32,000 bases of DNA from Nostoc punctiforme PCC 73102 (GCF_000020025.1 NC_010631.1:120001-152000); one strand, 5' to 3'. Positions 19,579 to 28,140 are shown, counted from the first letter of the stretch. Notes: generated by a model not told the origin, from the letters alone. Program-made: numbers and translations.

Positions 19579-20475
19579 ATGAGTAAATTTCGTCGCAGTT
19601 TCTGGCTATATCCTTTATTTCAGATTCCGTTAATCGTGTTTGGAGTTTGTTTAGTTGCGACTGTTTTGTGTTCACTTTTAGGGTTGGGTAGACCTAGTGT
19701 AGCAGTAGCGATCGCTCTGGATATGAGCAACAGCACCTACGAAGGTAAATCATTCAACGCACCTGATACTGTGATGGCTCAAGAAGTGGCGGCGGTGCGA
19801 TCGTATATTGAGCAAAACTCCCAGCAATTAAAATCTCCTAACAATATCCAAATTTTTGGGTTTGGCGATCGAGTCATTCCCTTAACTAATTCCTTCACAT
19901 CAGATAGACAAAAGTTAGAAGCTGAGTTGAATTTAGCTCTAGCAAACCCTAATTTGTCATCTCAGATTGGTACTGAAACAAATCTCAGTCAATCCATTGA
20001 TCAAGGTACAAAACTTCTCAGTAATATTCAAGATCGTTGCCGTGAATTATTGCTCGTCACTGATGGAGTCGCTGAGGTGATACCATCAGTTTTGACTCAG
20101 GCAGTAGCTCAAAAAGTCAAAATCAATGCTGTGGTGGTAGGAGCAAATGCTCCCCAAATCAAGTCAGCTACCGACATCACCAACGGAATTTATCTATCCG
20201 GTGAATCGAACAATCTGCAAATATTTTTTAAAGATATATTTTTTACTAGCTTTAATAGCAATGTCAAATGGGTTTATTTCTGGCGAGGTTGTACCTGGAT
20301 TGCTTTGATGTGGCTAATTATCTTGCCTTTAGATAAATGGGTTTTTCAAGGGTTAATTAACTTACCAATGAACCTTAGTGGTCAGTTAGCTTTAGGCAAT
20401 GCTTTATTTTGGACTGTTGTTACTCCCCTAATTCTTTGGCAATTATCTGGCTTACCTTTTTTCTCAAATTGTTGA
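19579..20475 (+). CDS. Membrane protein with von Willebrand factor A (vWA) domain
   Basis: N-terminal TM after KFRR. The MIDAS motif DMSNS is at 19720..19734, followed by GTETNL and LLVTDG. Two or three C-terminal hydrophobic helices follow. It starts 28 bp after the preceding gene. Confidence 0.8.
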   Translation: MSKFRRSFWLYPLFQIPLIVFGVCLVATVLCSLLGLGRPSVAVAIALDMSNSTYEGKSFNAPDTVMAQEVAAVRSYIEQNSQQLKSPNNIQIFGFGDRVIPLTNSFTSDRQKLEAELNLALANPNLSSQIGTETNLSQSIDQGTKLLSNIQDRCRELLLVTDGVAEVIPSVLTQAVAQKVKINAVVVGANAPQIKSATDITNGIYLSGESNNLQIFFKDIFFTSFNSNVKWVYFWRGCTWIALMWLIILPLDKWVFQGLINLPMNLSGQLALGNALFWTVVTPLILWQLSGLPFFSNC

Positions 20476-20570
20476 GGCAGAAAGCAAAAGTTTTGAGTTA
20501 GCCATTAACAAATAATCAAAGGTAAATAAAGCTTCATTTGTTGAAGTTAAAAAATTAAAAAGAGAAAATT

Positions 20571-23500
20571 ATGGCAGCAGTTGAAGAAAAAAGTATGGTT
20601 CCCACGGTGTTGGTGGGTGTGGGTGGTACAGGAACAGAAGTCTTGTCACGGGTAAGAAGATTAATAGAAGAAGCCTATGGCAGTTTGAATAATTTTCCCA
20701 TTATTAGTTTTTTTAGTATTGACACAGATAAAGATTATAAAGTTAGTAATCCAGAGGTAACAGGATCGCCATTAAAGGATCATGAAAAACATTGGGCAAG
20801 TGTCAGTGGTAGAGAAGTCAACGACATTATGTCCAATATGGAAAAGTATCCTTGGATTGAGTCTTGGTTTCCTAGAGAATTAGAGCGCAATATTGGAGCA
20901 TTGGAAGCTGGTGCAGGTCAAATTCGTGCCTGTGGTCGCTTTGCCTTTTTTTATAACTATCACAAGATTAGACAACGGTTTTTTGAAGCGTGCGATCGCG
21001 TCAAAGGTCACGAAAGTTTGATGTTAGAGAAGTACGACATCAGAGTTAGTAGTGGTGGGTTGAATGTTTTCGTCGTTGGCTCAATTTCTGGTGGGACTGG
21101 CAGTGGTATGTTAATTGACATCGGCTACTGCTTACGTAACTGGCTGAAAGGTCAGGGAAGCCCTTTAATTACAGCAATTATCCCAATGCCTAATGCTTTT
21201 GCCAGCATTAATGTAGGCGATCGCGTTCTCGCTAATGGCTACGCTGCTCTGATGGAATTGAGTTACTTTTCTGACTACAGAACTGAGTATATATCTCAAT
21301 TTAGCGCTGGTTTAGTGGATGAGGTTCGCAATAAATTACCTCCCTTTGACTTTACCTATTTAGTTGGCACCAAGAATGGCGAAAGTGAGTTTAATCTCGA
21401 TCAAATTCGAGAAATGATTGCTCAAAACGTTTTTTTGGATCTTACCTCTGATTTTGCTCCACACAAACGCTCTATTCGAGACAACATTAAAGGAGCTTGG
21501 GCGCAGGCCGATCCAGGTGGTAGAGGCTATCCCAAAAACTTCATGAGCTTTGGTCTTTCCACAATTGAAATTCCTATCGCTCAGATTCACAATTCGCTAT
21601 CCAATCGGTTGAGTATGGATTTAGTAAATTGGTGGCTGAATGAGTCGGTGTCACTCCCACCTAATGTTTTGGATTTAATCCAAAAAGATATTCTTAAGGG
21701 AATGCGACTGACAGAAACCGAATTGATTGCAGACCTCTCTTCGGCAGCAGATAAATCTTATATCTCAGAAGTATCTGGTTGGATTAATAGTATCCGTAAT
21801 GAAATCGCTAGCGATAATAAATTGCAATGTACCCATCAAGGTGTCAATATGATTGGTACAGAGCGAGGCAAAATTTTGAGATTCCTGGATGATTATCTCA
21901 TCCCCAAAGTTGATGAATATCGTGCCAATCACTTGCGAGAATTAAGCGCCGATGAACGAACACATGGTGACTTTCTCCAAAAAATGTACGATAACCGGGA
22001 TCGCATTATCCAACAAGGCAGACAAGCAATTGAGGCAGAGTTTTACAAGATTATGCGCGATCGCAATCTGGGCCCCAAATTTGCTGATGCTTTTATTACT
22101 AACGTCCGTCAGCTATTTGCCAATGCTTCAGAAAAGTTCCGCCGTGAATCAGAAAAAGTCTGGCAACCTAACGAAATTAATCGGCAGCAGCAGTATGAAG
22201 CCGCACTGCAAGATATTAATCAATTTAAAAACTTGTTTGGTCTAACTAAACAAGCCCAAATGGAAAAGTATTGCGAGGAAGCGCTTACAGGTTTAGAAAG
22301 TAGCTTTATTGCAATCATTCAACACAAAAGTCGCACTTTGTCTCTACAGGTGATTGAGCGAATTTTAGAGCATCTGGATCGTATGGAGCAGCGATTAGCG
22401 CGGTTTAATCAAAAGCTGCGACAACTACGCGATGACTTTAAACAAAAAGCTGACAAAGAAGCAGATAGTGCTGATGCTTTGAAAATTAACGGGTTTAAGC
22501 TTTATAACCGCGAAGAACTTAATCTACTTTATCAGGACATGATTGAGCAATTAGCGGGAGCCATTCAAGGTAGCAAAAGCCGCTATGAAATCGGACTAAA
22601 CCAGATTTGCACCACAATGTCGGAAGATATTTTGCGAGATGCTAGCCCTTTGTGGAAACAGACTCGCACTGCCGGGGAAGTGATGCAACTCTTTGATATT
22701 ACTCAACTACAAGAGGTGAATTACGAGGATTTTAAAGAAATAGTTGCCGTCAAAACTCAGTTAGTAGTGAAAAAATCTCCTCAAGAGAGCCGATTAAACC
22801 AAGATTTAGCAGCGTGCGATCGCCTTTTCAAAAGCTTGCAAAACGATCCAGAGGCAATTCGCAGTAACATCCGCATTGCTTATCAAAGATCCCAACCGTT
22901 AATCTTACTATCCCAGGCAGTTCTCTCAGGTGCAGATGCCGGGTTTACTCCCGCCTTAAATACCAAAGTTGCAATCGTGGGAGGTCGCAACAGCAGCGAT
23001 CCCACTGCGATTAAACTAATCCCTTATTTACAAGAAAGAGTGGGAAATGCCGATTCTATCACCCCTCTGGGACAACAAGAACAGCATCGAATTGTGTTTG
23101 TCCAAGAAAAAGGCGGTTTTTCCCTGCGCTGTATAGATGGTATTAGAGAGTTGCGGCAATCTTATCAAGACTGGAAAGGACAATCTATTGAAGCCAAGCG
23201 ATCGCAACTCAGAGGTGAAACCAAAGACCTCCCTGTTCCCGTGCATATTCAAAAAGAACCTCCTTTCTGGGATGTGTTTCCCGAAAACCCCGAAGTTTTT
23301 AAACTAGTAGTGCAAGCTAGAGCATTAGGTGTTTTGCGGCTAGAAGAAAATCGCAACACCGAAGAAAAGGTGATTCGCTACACCCGCGAAACTGTAATCG
23401 GCTCAGAGAATGTAGAAATTGCTTCTAGTTGGGAAGAAGCGGTGCAAGTATTAGAGGTGCTGGCGTGTCGCCCTGACAAAGAAGCAATTGGGCGTCAAGT

Positions 23501-23897
23501 GTCGGCAAAACTAGCCGATGCTGACCAAGCCCAAGACAAACTAGACTTGTACGACCAGTTCATAAACTATTTGAAGCAGCGAGAAGCAGAACTAGAAAAA
23601 ATTGGGGGTAGCGATAGCCCAGATTACAAACGCGAAGCCACAATTATTAAAGATTTAATCACTTCTGAGAACCTGCAACTAAATAATAAAAGCAAACCCC
23701 CAGTTATTCAGCTTGTAATTTCTCCTGAGAAGCCGCTAGTTGATCTTATTGAGGAGCCTCACATATCAAATATTTCCCCTGTTGAGCCTCCTTTTATGGC
23801 AGGTGCAAATGTTTTTTGTACCGAGTGTGGTGAGCAAAACCCGGCCCGGTCTAAATTTTGCTACAACTGCGGGACTCGATTAGTTAAACTTAATTGA
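20571..23897 (+). CDS. Tubulin/FtsZ-superfamily-like GTPase (Tubulin_2-type) with long helical extension and C-terminal zinc ribbon
   Basis: The T1-like loop GVGGTGT is at 20616..20636. The tubulin signature GGTGSG is at 21090..21107. The remaining roughly 750 aa are rich in charged, coiled-coil-like sequence. The C-terminus has CTEC-x10-CYNC (23818..23871). An alternative start at the ATG at 20595 is possible. Confidence 0.75.
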   Translation: MAAVEEKSMVPTVLVGVGGTGTEVLSRVRRLIEEAYGSLNNFPIISFFSIDTDKDYKVSNPEVTGSPLKDHEKHWASVSGREVNDIMSNMEKYPWIESWFPRELERNIGALEAGAGQIRACGRFAFFYNYHKIRQRFFEACDRVKGHESLMLEKYDIRVSSGGLNVFVVGSISGGTGSGMLIDIGYCLRNWLKGQGSPLITAIIPMPNAFASINVGDRVLANGYAALMELSYFSDYRTEYISQFSAGLVDEVRNKLPPFDFTYLVGTKNGESEFNLDQIREMIAQNVFLDLTSDFAPHKRSIRDNIKGAWAQADPGGRGYPKNFMSFGLSTIEIPIAQIHNSLSNRLSMDLVNWWLNESVSLPPNVLDLIQKDILKGMRLTETELIADLSSAADKSYISEVSGWINSIRNEIASDNKLQCTHQGVNMIGTERGKILRFLDDYLIPKVDEYRANHLRELSADERTHGDFLQKMYDNRDRIIQQGRQAIEAEFYKIMRDRNLGPKFADAFITNVRQLFANASEKFRRESEKVWQPNEINRQQQYEAALQDINQFKNLFGLTKQAQMEKYCEEALTGLESSFIAIIQHKSRTLSLQVIERILEHLDRMEQRLARFNQKLRQLRDDFKQKADKEADSADALKINGFKLYNREELNLLYQDMIEQLAGAIQGSKSRYEIGLNQICTTMSEDILRDASPLWKQTRTAGEVMQLFDITQLQEVNYEDFKEIVAVKTQLVVKKSPQESRLNQDLAACDRLFKSLQNDPEAIRSNIRIAYQRSQPLILLSQAVLSGADAGFTPALNTKVAIVGGRNSSDPTAIKLIPYLQERVGNADSITPLGQQEQHRIVFVQEKGGFSLRCIDGIRELRQSYQDWKGQSIEAKRSQLRGETKDLPVPVHIQKEPPFWDVFPENPEVFKLVVQARALGVLRLEENRNTEEKVIRYTRETVIGSENVEIASSWEEAVQVLEVLACRPDKEAIGRQVSAKLADADQAQDKLDLYDQFINYLKQREAELEKIGGSDSPDYKREATIIKDLITSENLQLNNKSKPPVIQLVISPEKPLVDLIEEPHISNISPVEPPFMAGANVFCTECGEQNPARSKFCYNCGTRLVKLN

Positions 23898-23952
23898 TTT
23901 AGCAGGGCGAACTTGAATTTACAGTTTTGGTTAGAGTGTTGTCAGTGCCTTG

Positions 23953-23970
23953 ATAGCATGGTGCTATTTT
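23953..23970 (+). terminator. Weak hairpin plus T-run downstream of the tubulin-like gene
   Basis: ATAGCA-tgg-TGCTAT followed by TTT. The stem is short and AT-rich, so this is only a candidate. Confidence 0.25.
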
Positions 23971-24152
23971 CCTTACGGGGGGACAAAAAGGGCTAGGACG
24001 CAGATGGAATAAGCCTCATAGCCCTCTCTCCTTGCTGATAGTACTTACGCTTATTAGGATTTAGCATCAATAATTCGGCGACTAATTCATAGGAATTTTC
24101 CATGAAATTGATCCAATTGTGTCCATAAAGACCAATATAAAACAATACGGGT

Positions 24153-25558
24153 TCAGTTAAAGCTAAAAAGCTGATTATTAATGTGAAATTTCGGAGCTTG
24201 TACTTGTTTTCCAGTACTTCTGTGTTTAGGCTTTTTAGAAGAAAACTTTGATACAGGTTTTTTCACAACCCTGGGGTTAGTACGGTGAACTCGTTTCGGT
24301 AACAACGTATCCAGATCTCTACGGTTAACCAATCGAAAAAAGGGGGAATTCTTCTGGTGGTAAATGTTGAAATTTAGGAATAGCACGACAATGACTCGTA
24401 ATGTTCCTGTAAAACTTAGACGCAACGGAGACAGAAGCATTAGTTGCTGCTTGAAATATTAACACTCAAACTGACCAATGTCCCAACAACCAACCATACA
24501 CTTCTTGTACAACTTCTCGTAGTTTTTGGGAACGGACATGGGTTTTTCGACCCAAAAGATGGATTTTCAATTCATCACTGGTATTTTCTACTTCCCAACG
24601 TTGATGATATTCCTCAGCTAACAACTCTGCCGGGAATTTTTCAATGTCTAACAGGCTAGTAATCAAGCGATATATCACTTGTTTTTCTGGGTTATCAGGA
24701 TGCTCAATTATGTACTCGATAACTCTTACTGATATTGGCTGACAATCCTTTTTTCGTAACTTTCCAGATGGGTAAATCGATGACAGATAAGAACCATCTG
24801 GCAACGATTTTTCTGTAAAAAATTTAACATTGGCAGGAATTCTCCCTAAATAGTCACAACCCTTAGATACTGTTGCGTGTACCATTGCATACGAATGCAA
24901 TCCCCTATCCCACATCAACAACATTCCTGATGTTACCGAGCGTAATAATTTTAATGCCCGCACTCGTTCTCCGATGCGGTATGGACACTCTTATTGCATC
25001 AAATATGATGTGTGTTCCTGCTTCTACCAATATGACTAATCTGACTTTGGGAAAAGCTGCTTGTGTGCCTGGACGACTACCAGGACGACCAAAAACTCTC
25101 GCATTTTCATGACTATCTGGAACATCAAAACAAGTACCGTCAATCACCACAATTCTCAGCCCATTTAGAAATGCTCCTATCGTTTCACCAGTCGCCATTG
25201 GTTGTACTAACTGGTGAAATAATTGGCTCATCACTCCTGCTCCCAATCTTGCCGAGCTTGAGTAATTGCTGACTTACAAGGTACTCGCCAGTATTTACCT
25301 ACCTTCACCCATCCCTCAGAAAGACCATCAATCAAGTTTTTAAGTATATCCCACATTGAGTCTTTTGACCATAGACTCATTGCAATTACCAGACTTACCA
25401 CTAATTGCGCTGGTAGCGGGAAGCGAAGCTATGCCGCAGGCTTATCGCTTGCGCTCCTCTTCAGTTTGGGTATTAGTGATCGCTTCTTCGATTGCAGTTG
25501 CTGGAATCGCCATCTCGATTGCTTTAAGCACATCACCACTTCGTATCTCAGGAGACAT
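24153..25558 (-). pseudogene. IS4-family DDE transposase broken by frameshifts and in-frame stops
   Basis: Pieces lie in different frames. They are MSPEIRSGD...EERKR*, LPAQLVVSLVIAMSLW..., RLGAGVMSQ..VIDGTCFDVPDS.., MRALKLL..LLMWDRG..YHQRWEVENTSDELK (the Y-2-R-3-E-6-K signature), HWSV*(TGA)VLIFQAA.. and SPLRLSFTG..NPRVVKK. Confidence 0.85.
25409..25450. repeat. Short GC-rich dispersed repeat, copy inside the IS transposase gene
   Basis: gctggtagcgggaagcgaagctatgccgcaggcttatcgctt resembles 28391..28433. It supplies stop codons in the transposase reading frames. Confidence 0.6.
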
Positions 25559-25689
25559 CAACGAGAAATCCCTCAGATGCACAATACTGAACTTTCTTTC
25601 TTGGGAACAGTCTTTAATTTACATGACTTTGAGCCTTAACTGAACCGTATTGTTTTTTTATTTGGAAGTTCCTTGGCATATAGCTCTGA

Positions 25690-25720
25690 TTTTGCATAAC
25701 CTCTCAACACTTAGAGATAT
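25690..25720 (+). promoter_or_regulatory. Shared promoter-like motif, copy 5 (upstream of the small TPR gene)
   Basis: ttttgcataacct-ctcaacact-tagagatat. It ends 57 nt before the ATG at 25778 and starts 31 nt after the IS end. Confidence 0.55.
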
Positions 25721-25777
25721 ATACCTGTGAAGAGCAAGAAAACCTCTGCAATATTTAATATTTTAGGAGATACAACA

Positions 25778-26284
25778 ATGAAAGGTTTGAAACTAGTAGC
25801 AGCTATTTTAGTATTTGGAACATTGACTTTTACACCCAAAGCTGAAGCGAAAAGCTTGTTCAACACTCAACAAGTCATAGCACAAGTTCCTGACTCGCAA
25901 ACTGAAAATCCGAAGGATACCGAAACATACTTTAAACGGGGTTTTAAGCGGATAGAATCGAAAGATTATCGAGGAGCAATTGAAGATTTTAACCAAATCC
26001 TGAAGATTGAACCTAACAATGCTTATGCCTACGTTGGTAGAGGATTAGGTAATTTTTGTCTGGATGAATATCAAGCAGCAAAGACAGATTTTGACAAAGC
26101 TATAGAAATTACTCCCGATATTCCCTATGCCTATTATTTCCGAGGTTTGACAAACTTTGCTTTAAAAGACAAACCAGCAGCGATCGCTGATTTACAGAAA
26201 TCATTCACGCTGTTTAAACAAGAAGGGAATCAGGAATTCGCCCAAAAAGCCACCGACGCACTTCAGAAGATACAAGAGAGTTAA
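25778..26284 (+). CDS. Small secreted TPR-repeat protein
   Basis: The ATG at 25778 lies 7 nt after AGGAGA (25765..25770). The signal peptide is MKGLKLVAAILVFGTLTFTPKAEA, followed by QQVIAQV. Three TPR units of the type AY..RG......Y..A..DF..A are present. The track's GTG start at 25727 is less likely. Confidence 0.85.
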   Translation: MKGLKLVAAILVFGTLTFTPKAEAKSLFNTQQVIAQVPDSQTENPKDTETYFKRGFKRIESKDYRGAIEDFNQILKIEPNNAYAYVGRGLGNFCLDEYQAAKTDFDKAIEITPDIPYAYYFRGLTNFALKDKPAAIADLQKSFTLFKQEGNQEFAQKATDALQKIQES

Positions 26285-26317
26285 ATTCCATTGCATAATT
26301 CTGATGACATATCCAGC

Positions 26318-26358
26318 AACCGGATTTTGCAATTTTTTGTCTGTAAAATCCGGTTTTT
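26318..26358 (+). terminator. Rho-independent terminator candidate for the small TPR gene
   Basis: An 11-bp perfect stem AACCGGATTTT (26318..26328) / AAAATCCGGTT (26345..26355) with a 16-nt loop, followed by TTT. Confidence 0.5.
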
Positions 26359-26377
26359 ATGGAAATATCTGCCCAAT

Positions 26378-26408
26378 TTTCGCATATCCTTTAAAAGCTG
26401 AGAAATAT
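26378..26408 (+). promoter_or_regulatory. Shared promoter-like motif, copy 6 (upstream of the decayed TPR gene)
   Basis: tttcgcatatcct-ttaaaagct-gagaaatat. Spacing is the same, but TTGCAT reads TCGCAT. It ends 34 nt before the ATG at 26443. Confidence 0.45.
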
Positions 26409-26442
26409 ACACCACTGAGTCAGTCTGCTGGAGTTTTTGCTA

Positions 26443-27464
26443 ATGGGCTACCGTCTGAAGTACCTCATCCTTGCTACTGTAGGGCTTTCCTTTGCCCCCT
26501 TGTCTCCTCTTTCTCCCGTCTCTTTGTCTCCCTTGGTGGTGCAGGCGCAAACGACACAACAGCCTAGTCCTGAAGAAACAAACAGGGAGAAGGAACAACC
26601 CTCAACAATATTGGCTTTGTTTACAATAATCAAGGACAGTATGCCAAAGCTTTGGTAGCTTATCAGCAAGCTTTAGCTATTCGCAAACAAATCAATCAAA
26701 AAGCATTGGTAGGAGAAAGCCTCAATAACATTGGCTCTGTTTACGAAAATTTGGGACAGTACGATCAAGCATTGAAGTTTTATCAGCAAGCTTTAACTAT
26801 TCTCCAACAAATTGGCAGCAAGGTAGGTGAAGGAAAAACTCTGAACAATATTGGCTTTGTTTACAATAATCAAGGACAGTATGCCAAAGCTTTAAATTAC
26901 TATGTACAAGCTTTAACTATTCTTCAAAAAATTGGTGACAAAGCAGGTGGAGGTAAAACTCTCGATAATATCGGTGTGGTTTATGACAACCAGAGAGATT
27001 ATGCCAAAGCATTCGGATTTCATCAGCAAGCTTTAGCCATTTTCAAACAAATTGGTGATACAGCAGGTGAAGGCAAAACTCTTAATAATATTGGTGGGGT
27101 TTATTATAATCAGAAAGAGTATGCCAAAGCTTTGGAATTTTATCAGGAAGCTTTAGTTATTGTCAAACAAGTCGGTGATAAAGCGTCGGAAGGAACATTT
27201 CTCAATAATATTGGTTCTGCTTACGATAAATTAGGACAATATGAAAATGCTGAAAAAACGCTATTTACTGCAATTGAGATTTGGGAGTCTTTGCGAAAGA
27301 ACGAATTAACTGATGCTCAAAAAATTTCACTCTTTGAAATACAAGCCGAAACCTACCGTTTTCTGCAAAGGAGTCTGATTGCCCAGAATAAAATTAATTC
27401 TGCCTTAGAAGTGAGCGATCGCCTCATTCCCCAAACCAAACATCGTAGGCGCAGCCTGTCGTAG
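26443..27464 (+). pseudogene. Frameshifted, 3'-truncated paralogue of the TPR-CHAT gene at 1..1707 (leader + TPR only, CHAT lost)
   Basis: The ATG at 26443 follows GGAG. The leader MGYRLKYLILATVGLSFA...VVQAQT is in frame 1. The TPR frame opens only after the TGA at 26571 (track ORF 26652..27464). Nucleotide homology to 1..534 stops at the HIP1 site 27415..27422, inside ...ALEVSDR, where the paralogue continues into CHAT. Confidence 0.65.
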
Positions 27465-27476
27465 ACATTGCTGTTT

Positions 27477-28064
27477 CTAAGCACTAACAACCGTAGGAAA
27501 AATCCGGCTCAAGTCTAATAAGACATCTTCAAATCCAGGAATTGCCACTGACTGATGGGGCAAAGATATCTGCTTGCTGAGATAATTATATTCACCTTGA
27601 GCAGTTTGATAAGGTTGGCTGTAACGCTCAAGTTGGCGAAAATTTAAGTTGACAATCCAATAATTAGAAATTCCGGCTTCTGCGTAGACTTCTAACTTTG
27701 TTGTTTGGTCGTAATCGAGGGTTGAATCGGAAATTTCAATCACTAAAAAAATATCTTCAGGATAGGGATGATGGGGAAGATAGTCAGTCTCATTTCCTCG
27801 TGCGATCGCCACATCTGGTTCAGGTTCACTATCTGATGGTAGTATGATTGGCTCTTGACAACGCACAACAGCGCCATCGCCCAGCAATCGATCCAGTTGT
27901 CTACAAAGCCGAGTTGTGCAAAATGTATGAGGTGTGCCTTTGGCTACCATCTGAATGAGTTCTCCGCGAATCAATTCAATGCGATCATTCTCCTTTAGAA
28001 ATTCCAGTTCAATCAGTCGATGATATTCATCAATAGTAAATCGCTTTGGTGTGACAACGTTCAT
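27477..28064 (-). CDS. Uma2-family (DUF820) restriction-endonuclease-fold protein
   Basis: The 195-aa ORF MNVVTPKRFTIDEYHRLIE...ELIRGELI.M...EPEPDVAI...LVIEISDST...D...K...YA..GI..YWIV is typical of the family that is expanded in cyanobacteria. Confidence 0.88.
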   Translation of the reverse strand: MNVVTPKRFTIDEYHRLIELEFLKENDRIELIRGELIQMVAKGTPHTFCTTRLCRQLDRLLGDGAVVRCQEPIILPSDSEPEPDVAIARGNETDYLPHHPYPEDIFLVIEISDSTLDYDQTTKLEVYAEAGISNYWIVNLNFRQLERYSQPYQTAQGEYNYLSKQISLPHQSVAIPGFEDVLLDLSRIFPTVVSA

Positions 28065-28140
28065 GAGACATCACCGATTTAACTGTGGTATGTACTTTCT
28101 AGCTTACCATCTGTATTTATTGGCTTTTGCCCATCTTGCG

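Larger units (their letters stand above)
24139..25658 (-). mobile_element. Decayed IS4-family insertion sequence
   Basis: Terminal inverted repeats are AAAACAATACGGGTTCAGTTAAAGC (24139..24163) and GCCTTAACTGAACCGTATTGTTTTTT (25633..25658). Flanking TAT / TAT (24136..24138, 25659..25661) is a possible 3-bp duplication. The interior encodes a DDE transposase. Confidence 0.8.

Noticed and set aside
21360-23252. Internal ORFs within the tubulin-like gene (21360..21590 -, 21952..22245 +, 23028..23252 -)
   Set aside because: They are nested in a 3.3-kb ORF with recognisable motifs at both ends. They are short and have no start context.
23990-24138. A minus-strand 47-codon open frame (IGLYGHNWINFMENSYELVAELLMLNPNKRKYYQQGERAMRLIPSAS*) abutting the IS, possibly a small gene split by the insertion
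   Set aside because: It is short with no recognisable family. Reconstruction depends on an uncertain 3-bp target duplication and would need a GTG/TTG start inside the neighbouring promoter region.
24444-25643. Plus-strand ORFs of 69-95 aa (24444..24659, 24873..25112, 25063..25272, 25356..25643)
   Set aside because: All lie antisense to the IS4 transposase remnants and have no recognisable motifs.
25727-25777. GTG start at 25727 for the small TPR protein
   Set aside because: The ATG at 25778 has a strong AGGAGA 7 nt upstream and yields a canonical signal peptide. The extension adds a non-hydrophobic 17 aa and begins only 7 nt after the motif's downstream (AGATAT) block ends at 25720.
26304-26669. 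ORFs 26304..26567 (+), 26448..26669 (-)
   Set aside because: They span the terminator hairpin and promoter motif, or lie antisense to the leader of the decayed TPR gene. They have no independent support.
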